64,000 nt of DNA from Lama glama (taxonomy: Eukaryota), in NCBI GenBank assembly GCA_028534125.1, contig CM052816.1:34040001-34104000 (forward strand). The letters are read 5' to 3'. The position numbers and the translations under genes are program-made. Positions 39,901-52,364 of this stretch are shown piece by piece (position 1 is the first letter of the stretch; each line of letters begins with the position of its first letter). The notes under the pieces are model-generated. The model was not told the DNA's origin and made no database searches. It saw only the letters and a program-made list of their open reading frames with translations.

Positions 39901-40221
39901 GTGTAATCTAAAAAAATGCCAATTTATATATAAAACAAGCAAACTCAAGGACATAGAAAACAAATTTATGTCTATCAAGTGGAAAGGGAGGGGGAGGGGT
40001 AAATTAGGAGTATGGAATTAACAGATACAGACTACTATATAGAAACTAGATAAGCAAAGTGGATCTACTGTATAGCACAAGGAACTATATTCAGTATCTT
40101 GTAATAAGCTACAGTAGGAAATAATCTAAAACACACACACACACACATATAAAAAACTGAATCACTCTGTTGTATACCTGAAACTAACACAATATTGTAA
40201 ATCAACTATACTTCAATTTAG
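36974..40221 (+). mobile_element. L1 with intact 5' UTR and 3' end but a large internal deletion; 13-bp TSD
   Basis: TSD aaaaatccaaaga at 36961-36973 and 40222-40234. The 5' UTR runs to about 38530 and the ORF1 N-terminus to about 38885, then the sequence continues directly into the ORF2 C-terminus ([15 protein letters not shown]...) and 3' UTR. Confidence 0.92.
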
Positions 40222-40354
40222 AAAAATCCAAAGAAAATAACTGTCACCTATAAATTCTTATATTGCTTAAAAGTGCTTAATTAGTAAATACAGTTCCTTC
40301 TTCCCATATACCATCATAACCATCCCACTAAGTTTATACCACAAGGGTCTATAG

Positions 40355-40565
40355 CAGCATTTTACTATAGTAGCACTTCCAATATTTTGGGCTGGATAGT
40401 TATTTAATATGAGTGGGTGGGAATTCTGTGCATTTAAAGCTGTTTAACAGCACTTCTGGTCTCTAACCCTAGATGCCAGTTGCAGCCCTGCCCCTTGTCC
40501 CCTATGAGTCCTGATGACAAAAAATACCCTGGGGAACAAAAATCGCTCCTGGCTGAGAATAACAG
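40355..40565 (-). mobile_element. MER20
   Basis: 'attttgggctggatagtt...ccctagatgccag...aaaatcgctcctggctgagaataacag', with a degenerate TSD (gtctatag / ctctatac). Confidence 0.75.
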
Positions 40566-42852
40566 CTCTATACTTCAATTAAACTTGACTTCAACATTTC
40601 AAAGTGAATTTCTTAGTGACTGCCTTTGGGTTGCTTTCAAATTTTGTCCAGCTGCACACACAGTAAGCTCTCGCTTTGGTCACCCGGTGACTCTCAGTTA
40701 ACATCATCCCATTCTAACGAAGCCTCTTTATTCCCTCTTACGCCTCCATTTGCTGAAGTGGCAACATGAACAAGAGCAGCCCTGTTTGTTTTATATGTGA
40801 ATAATCGATGGCATTTATCACCTTCCCCATGGGCTAAATATAAACAATGATAACTCATGAAAACCTGCTCTGCCGATGCCTATATAGAAAAGGCATGTCT
40901 AGTAATATATTCAGCCCACACTGCACTTCCCAGCCTTGGGATGGCCACTTGAGACAAAGTGCTTATAAGTCTCCTTATAATAATTCTAGCCATTTTCTCT
41001 GACATGCAATATGTGTTTGGAAACTTAGAGCAAAACTCATTTTAAATTATCATCTTCTATAACATAAATTCATATATTTATACAGTTTTGCAAATTTTGT
41101 TGATGATTTGGTTACTTTTGAGCTACATGCATTTTTCATAGTGACATAGATTTCAAGGATAATTTGGCTTTAATGTTATTCGAGCTGACTTTTCCCTCCA
41201 ATCATTCTAGCTAAGGGACCTATTTACATAATACCTAGTGCCTAGTTATTTTTTTATTCCTGCTTCATTGGAAAGCCAAAAAATAAACAAAAAGAAATGC
41301 CTTTCCAAAGCATTTTTTAGTTGGATGATCCTTGTGGTATCCAACTTTTAGCGAAATCTCCCAAGTTGACTATTTTGGAAAAGGCAGATTCTCTTATGAA
41401 TTAATGAACAAGATAGAGGTTAAGCATTTTAGCATCACCAGAACAACTTTTAAAATACATCGTCGTTGGAGTAGAAATCCAGTGATGCTTTGGCTATTTA
41501 CACTCTAGGTTCTTTTTAAGGACACTCTTAGCTTTATTTCATTGAAAAACTGAATTTTAAAAAATGCTAAATTCTCAGGAAGACTGACCATAGATAGTTT
41601 CCTTGTAGGCCCAGTCTGGCCAAAAGCCAAAGAAAGAGAAATACAATGCTCTGAAAATGTCTTTCAACTAAGTTAAACAACTGTCAAGCATTCCCCACAC
41701 CTGGTTTAGGGAGGAGGGTGAAAAGAAAACTTAAACCTAGTTATTCATTAATTACCAAATAATAAATGTTTGAAGTCCCTTGAAGAAGAACTTGAAAGCC
41801 AATTACAACCCTTGCAGCCAACACAGAGCCCTGAATCATGAGGATGGGAGGTAGGAGGAATTAAGTAGCTCAGAAGATGTTGGTGCTAGAAGAGATCTTA
41901 GAATTAATAAACTAATGCTCTGTTAGAGATGAGAAAACTGAGCACGTGCAGTTCACTGAGCTAACCGTGAGATATTCATTAGTTCATTCAATACAACAAA
42001 ACTATGACATAGGTACAATTATTTCTGTTGAATCATGAGGAAATGGAGGCTTTTAGAAGTTATGTAATGTGCCAAAATGTCACTTAAGGATGAAGGTCTG
42101 TGGGCTCTTAAGCACCACACCACGGTCCCTCAGAGATCTGGTGAGACAGAAGCAATTAGGAATATTCCTCAGGGCCCCAACTTGGACTTCTGCCTGTGAT
42201 ACCATGATACCATGATACCATTCTGAGGTTCTCTCTGTCCAAACATATAATGCCATTTATGAATATATACTAAAAATACAGTAGAAAAAATGGAAGTGTA
42301 TAAAGTTGAATTGATTGTGCAGCTTGAGATGAGCTCTCAAAAGAACTGAAAAATTAAAGTTCTTAAGAAGTTTGACAATTTATGAAATGTATGTGAAATC
42401 AGGACTTTTTCATAACCATTCAGGAGTGCAGAATAAGTGCTACTCTGTGTTCATCCCACTATATAGTTATGGTTATGGTGGTTTGGTAAGAATAAATCTT
42501 GCCTGGGAAGGGGGGTGTAGCCAGTGGGAAAGGTTTTGGTTGTGCTATTTCTGTATCCTTTGCAGAGTCATTAAATTCAGACAAATGGAGGGTTATCCCC
42601 TATTCCCTGAGTCTATTTCACTGATATGTTGTATTTGTCACTTAGTGTTTGAATCTTGGAGAATACCAGTTTTTAAAAAGGATTTTGGTAATAGTTGCAG
42701 CTAGCTATAAATCCCCCAAATTCAAAAGGCAAACCTAGGATTTTAACTCAGCTCCTACTCTTTTGCCTGTAACACTTCTACATTAATACAATGTGTGGTA
42801 TTTTTACCACCTTACCTCACAAGAGCACTGATGGCTTTATTTAAAACATGTC

Positions 42853-43080
42853 ACTGATATATAAAAACAACAAGTTTATACTGTATAGCACGGGGAACTA
42901 CATTCAATATCTTGTATCTTATGGTGAAGAAGAATATGAAAATGACTATATGTATGCTCATGTATGACTGAAGCATTATGCTGGACACCAGAAATTGACA
43001 CAACATTGGAAACTGACTATACTTCAATAAAAAAATATATATATACGGAAAAAAAAACCAAAACCAAAACAAAAAAAAAA
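42853..43080 (+). mobile_element. 5'-truncated artiodactyl/camelid-type L1 3' end
   Basis: 'ctgtatagcacggggaactac...ctgactatacttcaataaaaaa' plus an A-rich tail. Confidence 0.9.
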
Positions 43081-43332
43081 GCCATTGAAAAGTGAAATTG
43101 AGTAATAATGCCATGGTTCCAGATGCAGACATGTCTGTTCCTCTAGGGATGGCAAAAGAACATTTGGGAAGTGAAGTAGGTATTTACATAGGCTGTCTTG
43201 TTACTTCCTTACATTTCCCTATGATCCTAAAGTGTGTATTTCCTGTTCACCTGCCTCCTTAAGATTACTCTGGATAAATGAATAACATGGCAACAATTTT
43301 AAATAAGAAAACAAAGGCAGACAAGTGGAGTT

Positions 43333-43392
43333 GGTGATGGTGATGATGACAGTGATGATGATGATGATGATGATGATGACGACGACGACGAC
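43333..43392. repeat. Compound (GAT)n/(GAC)n microsatellite at a MIR tail
   Basis: Read directly. Confidence 0.92.
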
Positions 43393-43394
43393 AT

Positions 43395-43645
43395 TAAAAG
43401 CCAAATGTATTGAACTCTGATGCCTTACTATGGTCTAAATACTGTGTAATGCTTCTCATTTAATGATAATTTTTTTTTGCAACTCTGGGCATATGTACCA
43501 TTATCATCTTATAGATGAGGAACTAAGACTAAGAGAGGTCAATTAATTTGTTTAAAGTTGCACAGCTAGTAAGTAGGCCTTTTTGAACCTGACCTATCTA
43601 TCTGACTCCCAGGCCTGTGTTCTTAAGCACTGTACTACAGTGCAT
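43395..43645 (-). mobile_element. MIR SINE
   Basis: Core 'ttatagatgaggaactaagactaagagagg...cacagctagtaagt...ctgactcccaggcc'. Confidence 0.85.
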
Positions 43646-45289
43646 CTGCCATTGTGTCAGCATGTTTAGTTAAGATTGAAAATGACAAGAGTCTCAAGGA
43701 TGACAATAAGAATGAGACTAAACTTAAGAGCAAAGCTGTTGTACTGACTCAATGGTGTATTCCTCAGAACTTAAAACAGTGTCTAGTCCACAATAAGCTC
43801 TCAACATGTGTTTCTGGAATAACTGAAAGGATGAATAAATGATACTGAGGCACCCTTAAGGTCTTTCTATAGAAATAACGAGCTCACTTTTAGAGAAGCT
43901 GGCTCGTGTACCAGGAGTGAGGGAGCATGCCTTCACGCACACGCTGCTGTGCTCAGGTTGCAATGCTTTACATGGCTATTATACATTCAGAAGGCTTGCA
44001 CGGCGTACGTAACACATGCAAAATAAAACAGAATGTAGTTTAGCCCCATTGAAACTGACATCAAAGCCAGTACTTATAATACTGGAGTCGGGGTTGGGGG
44101 GGAAGTGCTGCAAGAATCATCATCCTGACTATCTAGAAAGCATAACACTTCACAGGTTACCTGACTTCAGGTTCATTAAAAGAGTCTGTTTTATCTATTC
44201 CTTACATATAAATTATTTTTGTGAGCATACTAGAGCCTTTAGAAAATTTTTAAGGTTATTACAAGTAATGGCATATTTTCGATATTATACAAATATATTG
44301 AATCCTGTTCATCACCGGCTTGAATGTTTCATGTGGCTTTCCAATCAGAAGCCTCCTAATCAAAAGCAATGGCTAGAGGACACATGTAATAGAATTCCTT
44401 CCAAAGAATATATGCTCCAGCGTGATCACTAGGATCACTTATGGCCCTAGAGGAGAGGAAAGGAGGGTCTTGAAGAAAAGGTCCAACCTACTGAGACTGT
44501 GTGGAGAACAAGAGAGTCAGAAGGAACAGATTTAAATGTACTTGATACCCTCACCCCTTATCTCAAGGGATGGGGGTGGTTATACACATCCAGATAGATA
44601 AGGAGCCTGCACACCTCACGTTAGTAGCATTGACTCCTGCACTGCTGAGGGAACTGGTAAGTCAGTCAGCTGAAGGGAGAGGTGCTGGATGCAGCCATTT
44701 CCAATGACTCAAGCAGTCATGAGGTGAGATGGGAAGCCAGGTCTCTGGTGTTAGCACACATATCGCAATTGCCAGAGAGGATTAGATCGACATCAAGGCA
44801 CATTAGTGCAGAAAGCACAGTGGTTCATCCATTCTGCAGCTGAGGTCGGGGAGAATCCAGAGGACACTGGGAAGGTTTAAGGACAGTCTTCCCTCTGCTG
44901 CCTTGCACAGGCCATACCTCCCTCCCCCAGACAAGTCACACGCCATCCTGGAAATGACAGTCGGGCAAGGGATAGGCAGTTGTATTCCAAAGCCGTTATC
45001 CCAAAGAAACAAGTTAACGTTTAAGTGATCTCTTGATTTCCTAGATTTTGATAATTTAAAAACTAAGCTAGACTGAGCTTCATCTTTGCCCTGCCCCAAG
45101 ATAACCAGTAGAGGGAGCCTCATGAAGCAGACCCAAGTGGATTTATAAAACTTCAGGAACTAACTTCATATTAAAATGTTGCATGAAACTAAATTTGAAT
45201 CCTTGAAGCATTTATATGAAACAAAATTCCAACACATAGAGATGGATGGAGAGACAGATGGTCTAAACTGCTATTCTCCAATCTGATAT

Positions 45290-46250
45290 ATTCACTCATT
45301 TATTCAACTAATATTTATTAACTACCTGCTGAGTTCCAGATACTCTTTTAAGCACTGTGGATATATCAATGAATCAATAAACAGAACAGAAAATACAGCA
45401 TTCAACGTATTAAAACAGTAATATGTGTATCTGTGTGCATAAACCAGTAACAAAAATGTAGTTTCTGATAGGGGTGAGTGAGGGATAAAAATAAAGCAGA
45501 TAAAGAGTGACGAGGGAAGAAATGTTTTAGGAAGGGTGGAAGGGTCATTAGGGATGATCTGTCTAGGGATTTCAGAAAAATTGGGATGAAGAGAGACGGA
45601 GCCATCTGACTTTCTGCGGAAAGAGCGTTCCAGGCAGTGATTTCAGCAAATGCAAAGTACCTGGGGTAATTCATACTTCTTATTTAGCCTTTATTCTTTC
45701 TGCCAAGTATTTATGCTTCTTCCCTCTTCCAGGAACATTATACTTTTCTGGCACAGTTGTGTTGTGGTGGGCCATATGGCAAATGACCAATGAATTGTGA
45801 AAGAAAATGATGTGTGTCACTTCTGGTTGAAATATGTACTCACTGGCTTGAAAACTTACAGTGCTTTTTTTTTTTCCCCTTCAGAAAAATAATTAACAAT
45901 GTTCAAGATATTAAGTCCTCTTTCACCCTTGAATCCCTTAATAAAAATGATGGGCCCAAGAAGACAAAGCCTTTAAGTTTTAAGAATTTGAGATCTTTGG
46001 AGTTAATACATTACTACAGGGTAGCATCCTATCTGGGTGTGATTGGGGTGAACTGAATCTGTTCAAAGAAAAGCAAGTGTTCAGGAGGCTGTAGAGGAAT
46101 AGACCCCAGAGGGATAGGAAGGAGATGAGATTAGGAAAATTCAAGCCAGATCAGGTAGAACTATGACAGCCATGGTTCCAGGTTTGGAATTTTACTGAGA
46201 GTGATGGGAAATTATTGTAGGGGGACTATCAGACAAACAAATAACTCAGC
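45290..46250 (-). mobile_element. L2 fragment split by a MaLR LTR (about 45700-46050, + strand)
   Basis: L2 motifs 'cactcatttattcaactaatatttattaactacctgc' and 'aagagcgttccaggcag'. Insert carries 'ccaatgaattgtgaaagaaaatgatgtgtgtcacttctgg'. Confidence 0.65.
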
Positions 46251-47637
46251 CTAATCTGTAATGCTTTGAGAGTTATATTTAAAAATGTAGTGATTTCTTC
46301 CTTTTGAAGTAGATATTAAATTTACCAAAAGTTTAATATGCTTTGATAAGAACTTAACAAATTATGAAACTGTGATTCAGGAGCTGAAAGGACTTCAACT
46401 TAAACTCAACACTTTAGATTCTTTACAACATAAAACAAGGATGGACCTAAGTGTCCTTCCACTGGAAACATCTAGAAATTTATGGAAAGTCTGAGAACTA
46501 ACTTGTGAAAAGAAAAATCAAACAACAAAAATGTCTTAATATTTACTCAACTGTGTTAACATTTTGTTGGAAAAGGATGAATTGTAAATAAAAACACACC
46601 TAACTTTATGTTACAGAAAGATGTTCTCCCTGTTATTTTTGCTCTGTCCAAAAAAGAGAGTTTGGCCACTTATTTTCACTCTTAAGCTGATACAGCAGCC
46701 TTGATTTTTTCTCCTCAATAAGGGAAGCATATATTCGACCTGTCAATGGCCATGATTGCTTCAACCCAAGCAGAGATGTGGAAACTGAAATAGGGCGCTC
46801 TTACAGCATGTTCATGAAGGTGTTTCAGTGGTTTCCATTCACTCTGTAGCTGCCATATCAAAGGCAAGGAAAATAGGCTTGATTAGATTTGGCAGTAGCT
46901 TTCCTCTAACAATATTTTCGAGAGATGGGATTGTTCAGGGTTGAATTCCCAATTATTTCCTGCTGTAAGAAGTAGTGTAAAACAATGTCTCCAGCATCCA
47001 AAGTAATTAGTTCTTCTATTGACCTCTGTTTTTAATGTTAAAATCATTCCTCTGTGGGAAGAATTGACAAATACCAATCTTTCTCATGTATGAACTAATA
47101 TCCTTGAAAACTGAGTGGATGTGTTTGACAACTTATTTCTGTGTCTGTGAGATCAAAGCTCTGAGGAGCTCTGATATCAAAGCACGAAGGAGATGGGACA
47201 CAAGATGTAACAGAAATAATGTTTTGAAAGTATTCAACTGATATAGATTGTGGATTTTATCACCCCACCCCATGTATCATATACCTTTATCATCATTTAA
47301 ATATTATGATACTCAGAGGGAAGGGGGCACATTCATATTTATACCAGAATTACTCACAATGGCCAAACAGTGGAAGCAACCCAAGTATCTATTGACAAAT
47401 GAATAAATGAATGTGGATTATGCATACAATGGAATAGTATTCAGCATTAAAAAGGAAGAGAATTCTGTCATATGCTACAACATGGATGAATCTTAAGCAC
47501 ATTGTTCCAAGTGAAATAACTCAGTTACAAAATGAAAAAGAAAGAAAAAGAAAGAAAAATACCATATGATATCACTCATAAGTGGAATCTAAAAAAAAAA
47601 AAAAAGACGAACTTATTTTTAGAACAGAAACAGACTC

Positions 47638-49733
47638 GGGAGGCAAGATGGCGGAGTAGAAGGACGCTCGTAAGTCACCCTCTCCCACAAATACACCAAG
47701 ACCCACATCTACAGACCCACTCAGCCAACCAGAGCACCTGCGGAACTCCGACAGAACATCGCCCTCTTCAAAAGATAAAGACGCCAAAAATCTGGTAGGA
47801 AAAAAGGAAAAAGAACAAAAGGCAAAGCAGCGCGGGACGGGTCCCGCGGGGAGGGAGCGGTAAAGGACTGGCGCTTGCTCGCTGGGTCTCCCCTCTCCAA
47901 CTGAGAGGCCAGCAGGACAGAGGGGGAGCCTCCGAGGCTCGAATCTGTACAGAGCAGCCCTTGTCTGACAGAACTAAGTTAAACGGGCACAGAGCGTCCC
48001 CCCGACACCCAGCCTGAGACGCGGGCTGGCAGCGGCGGGCAGGGCCAGGCTGCACAAGCCTGGCGGAGGACGGGGTGGCTGCACGGAGGCAGCTCCGGGG
48101 GACTGCAAAGGGCTGGGCGCCGTGGCTGTGGGTGTACAGGACAGAACAACCTGGGCCCTCCATAAAACAGCAAGGTTGATGTGCTCTCGGGGGAAGGGTG
48201 CATCCCCTCATCTCTGAAAACCCGCGGAAACTTTTCAGGGGAAGTGAGGTGGGGCCCAGGCACAGCCGCCATATTCTCCAGCGCTTAACACCCAGGCGGG
48301 GGCGAAACCTGCATCCGCACCGAAGGGCCCAGCAGCCTCAAGGGCCAGACTGAGACGGGCCTACAGCCCGGGGCAGGTGGGATCCTTCCATCCTGGTCCC
48401 TCAGAGAACTTGCTCCACAAAGACAAAAAAGGAGCTGGGTCTTGGCTTGGAGCAGGGACGAGGCTGCCCCTAGGTGTTCCCCGAGCCCACCCGCGGAGCG
48501 CGGCCAGGGCGGAGCGCGCAGCCGCACAGAGCAGCGGAGCTCCCGGCAGCGCAGGCAGAGGGAGAGTGGCCACCCCCCCCCCCACCTGTCGGGCAGGAAC
48601 ACAGCCCCTGACTGAGGTGCTGGGAGGGGGCACGACCCGCCCTCCTGCCTGGCCAGTCTGCAACATCTGACTGCGGCATCCGGAGGGGCAGTGACCCGCC
48701 CGCCTGCAGCAGAGGAGAGCTGCACCTGACCCCGTGTTAGGAGGAGTCGCGATCGGCTTGCCGACAGGTGCTGGGAGCAGCACAGAAGAGGGCGCCAACG
48801 GAGGGCCTATGAAAACAAGCTGAGCTTCCAAAACAGGACGAAGACAGAAGGACTTCACATTAAAAGCACACAGACTCCAGGAGAACACCGACAACACCTT
48901 TTTTTGTTTGTTTGTTTGTTTTGTTTTTGTTTTTTTTTTGTTTGTTTTTTGTTTTGTTTTAAATCTGTTTTTACCTGTTCTATTTTCAATTACTCTCTTA
49001 ATTTNNNNNNNNNNNNNNNNNNNNNNNNNNNNNNNNNNNNNNNNNNNNNNNNNNNNNNNNNNNNNNNNNNNNNNNNNNNNNNNNNNNNNNNNNNNNNNNN
49101 NNNNNNNNNNNNNNNNNNNNNNNNNNNNNNNNNNNNNNNNNNNNNNNNNNNNNNNNNNNNNNNNNNNNNNNNNNNNNNNNNNNNNNNNNNNNNNNNNNNN
49201 NNNNNNNNNNNNNNNNNNNNNNNNNNNNNNNNNNNNNNNNNNNNNNNNNNNNNNNNNNNNNNNNNNNNNNNNNNNNNNNNNNNNNNNNNNNNNNNNNNNN
49301 NNNNNNNNNNNNNNNNNNNNNNNNNNNNNNNNNNNNNNNNNNNNNNNNNNNNNNNNNNNNNNNNNNNNNNNNNNNNNNNNNNNNNNNNNNNNNNNNNNNN
49401 NNNNNNNNNNNNNNNNNNNNNNNNNNNNNNNNNNNNNNNNNNNNNNNNNNNNNNNNNNNNNNNNNNNNNNNNNNNNNNNNNNNNNNNNNNNNNNNNNNNN
49501 NNNNGGTAGAGGGTGGGAAGGGATAGACTGGGATTTCAAAATTGTAGAATAGATAAACAAGATTACACTGTATAGCACAGGGAAATATACACAAAATGTT
49601 ATGATAAATCACAGAGAAAAAAATGTGACAATGAGTGTGTATATGTCCATGAATGACTGAAAAATTGTGCTGAACACTGGAATTTGACACAACATTGTAA
49701 AATATAAATCAATATAAATGTTAAAAAAAAAAA
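47638..49733 (+). mobile_element. Young L1 with CpG-rich 5' UTR; body lost in the assembly gap; perfect 12-bp TSD
   Basis: Starts gggaggcaagatggcggagtag (YY1-type CAAGATGGCGG at 47644-47654) with about 1.2 kb of CpG-rich UTR. The 3' UTR and poly(A) follow the gap. TSD agaaacagactc at 47626-47637 and 49734-49745. Confidence 0.92.
49005..49504. other. Assembly gap (500 N)
   Basis: Run of N. Confidence 0.99.
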
Positions 49734-50301
49734 AGAAACAGACTCACTGACATGGAAAACAAACTTATGGTTACCAGGGGGAAGCGGGGAGGAAGGGATA
49801 AATTGGGAGTTTGAGATTTGCAGATACTGACTGGTGTATATAAAATAGATAAACAAGTTTATACTGAGTAGCACAGGGTACTATATTTGATATCTTATAG
49901 TAGCTTATGGCAAAAAAGAATGTGAAACAAATATATGTATATTCATGTATGACTGAAGAATTGTGCTGTACATCAGAAATTGACACAACATTGTAAACTG
50001 ACTATACTTCAATTTAAAAAAGTAAAAAAAAATACTACATGATTCCATTTATATGAGGTAAAAAAGTAACTGGATTTATAGAAAAAAAAGTAGAATGGTA
50101 GTTGCCAGGGCCTGAGGGGAGGGAGAACTGGGGAGCTGCTGTTTACTGTGTTTTAGTTTTTTAAGATGAAAAAATTCTTGAGACTGGTTGAACAATGTGA
50201 ATATACTTAATACTCCTGAAAAGTACACTTAAAATTGATTAAGATGGTGAATTTTATGCTACATGTATTCTACCACAATTAAAAAATGTATTTATATTCT
50301 A

Positions 50302-50461
50302 GGAGGGTATATAGCTCAGCGGTAGAGCACATGCTTAGCATGCAAGAGGTCCTGGGTTCAATCCCTGGTACCTCCACTAAAAATAAGTAAAATGAAAACA
50401 AGTCTAATTATAAATCAAAGTAAAAATAAAACCTAGTTCCTCCCCTCCAAAAAAATAAGAT
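50302..50461 (+). mobile_element. tRNA-derived SINE (camelid Vic-1-like)
   Basis: tRNA-Ala-like head with A box (tagctcagcggtag) and B box (gggttcaatccc), an A-rich tail, and TSD aaaaaat(g/a)tatttatattcta at 50281-50301 and 50462-50482. Confidence 0.9.
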
Positions 50462-50984
50462 AAAAAATATATTTATATTCTAAAAAGGAAGGAGGTGGTG
50501 AATATCATATCAAAAGGGGAAAGAAAGGGGATGCCTCTTATTGACAGAAAAATGAATAAAGTAGACATACCACTGAACTCTGGAAAAGTTGGAAGAGAGA
50601 AAAGAGAAGCACGGATATGAAGAGAGGTCCAATACATGTGTCCTTGTTACCTCTCTGGGGATGTGTCCTGACATAAACATCCAAGAGGGGTAGGGAAACA
50701 GCCGGGAGCACCCGGGCAAGCTGCCCTGGGGTAGACCAGCAGGACACGGGTGACGCAGCCCTTCAGGAAAACGCCTCATCCCTTTCATCCAGGGTGGCAT
50801 CTGCAAGGGAAGTGGCTGGACGGATGGACTGAGACCGCAGAGTCTCACCCTCTATCCTGTGTGCGGAAGGCTAGGGGTGGGGAAGCTCCTGTAGACTGAG
50901 AGAGTTTCAGGAAGGATGCTAATATAATGTCCCAGGAAACAGGACCTACAGATACCACCTGAGACAAGCAGAACCGCACCATGA

Positions 50985-51230
50985 TAAAGAAAGAATATGA
51001 ACTCTGAAGCCAGTCTACCTTGGTTTTTATTTATTTCTTATTTCTCTACCTTCCAGCTGTGCAAATTTGAGCAAGTTAACTAACCTTTCTGTATCTTAAT
51101 TGCACTCCTTAAGATGGAGTCATGGTAATACCCACCTCACTTTGAGGATTAAGTGAGTTTGTACACTGAAAATCCTCACACAACACTTGACACATAGCCC
51201 TCAGAAAGGTCTTCATCGTTGTTATTATTA
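50985..51230 (+). mobile_element. MIR SINE
   Basis: 'actctgaagccagtctaccttgg...gagcaagttaactaacctttctgtatcttaa...taatacccacctcac...gaggattaagtgag'. Confidence 0.8.
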
Positions 51231-52364
51231 TTATTGAAAGGGAATGTGAGGAGAGTGATCAAACATTTGTCAAACTGCCTAAAGAAACTAAGTCACCCAC
51301 CTTCACATGGAAATTCTAAAGCTTCCATCTTTTGCCACCTAACTGAATATGGGTTAGGGGAAACCCAGAAGATCAAGTATTATATTTTAAAAAGCTGACT
51401 TTTTTGTAAATCAAGTCTGTAGTGTGAGTGTTTTATTCCACTATTTATGGAGTCCTCCAGTATTTCTAATCTGCATGCCTACACCTAGTATTTGTGGGAC
51501 TTGGCAGAAGAAGACAACCGAAGGTCCATATGCCATCTGCATAAACGTTTAAATGATACAAATCAAGCTAATAAATTTAAATAAAAGTTTTTAATTTTAA
51601 TTTTTGATTTTATTTTTATTATCCCTCTGGTTTGAAACCTACACCTTTGCAATGAACTGGAAGGCAAGGCTCAAATTTAGAATTGGCATGGAGCTCCATG
51701 CTGGAATCTGGTGGGGCCGGGAAAGTAGGCTGTGTCCCTAGCCTCTCACCCGCACTCTTTTCTTCCTACCATCTGTCTCTGACATGCATGGCAAGAGACC
51801 TAATGCACATGCATTTCGTCAGCCACATCATCCAGCTCTGTCTATGCCCTTGTAAACAGACACCCTTGCCCACTCCTCAGGCCAAGAGTTGCAGACATCA
51901 GCTACACGGGCCACCCTCCCAGTACCTGAAGGCAAGTAGACTTGGGGAAGGCGCTTAGACTTTAGGTGGACACGTCTCTTTAGCCCAATCAGCTCCTTGC
52001 TCTGAAAAGAAGACCTTGGCCAGAGCACCAGGGCAGTATTTGCTCCCATCTGAAGCCCAGAGTAAGAGCACTTTTTGCTTGCATCTATGGGTGGCAATGT
52101 ACACCAGAAACCGATTCCAAGCCCTCAATTACAACTAGAGAGCAAAATCACCAAAGTTAGAGGCCGTCCCAACCCTGACAGAGAAAGAATACATAGCAGG
52201 AGCTAAAAGCTATTCAACAGATGGAAGGATGGAAGTGACATAGGAGGTTATGTCTAAAGCTTTTCTTAAAATCTGGCATTTTGAAAAGAACGAACCTCTT
52301 CCAGAAAGAGAAACCCAACTCCAGCATTAGCAACTCAGGCTGTGAATGTCGTGACTGGAGATGT

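Larger units (their letters stand above)
47545..50030 (+). mobile_element. Truncated camelid-type L1 3' UTR (middle layer), split at 47637/49746
   Basis: 'taccatatgatatcactcataagtggaatct...agaaacagactc | actgacatggaaaacaaacttatggttacc...ctatacttcaatttaaaaaa'. Confidence 0.88.
47340..50285 (+). mobile_element. L1MB-type 3' end (outer host), split at about 47535/50030 by nested L1s
   Basis: 'aagtgaaataactcagttacaaaa' resumes as 'aatactacatgattccatttatatgagg...gtagaatggtagttgccaggg...ccacaattaaaaaa'. Confidence 0.85.

Noticed and set aside
43219..43404. Poly-Val/Ile hydrophobic ORF
   Set aside because: Translation of the (GAT)n/(GAC)n microsatellite.
47768..48725. Antisense ORFs (147 and 146 aa) in the young L1 5' UTR as ORF0 analogues
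   Set aside because: GC-rich sequence is stop-poor in all frames, and several overlapping ORFs occur on both strands. Support would need conservation across paralogous copies.
48361..49690. Long ORFs of 201-405 aa in the ORF track
   Set aside because: Artefacts of translating through the 500-N gap.
50302..50376. tRNA-Ala gene
   Set aside because: Followed by a SINE body and A-rich tail, flanked by TSDs, and lacking an oligo-T terminator. It is a SINE head.
51470..52100. Possible hAT-Tip100-type DNA transposon remnant
   Set aside because: It looks repeat-like, but I could not identify termini or family confidently.
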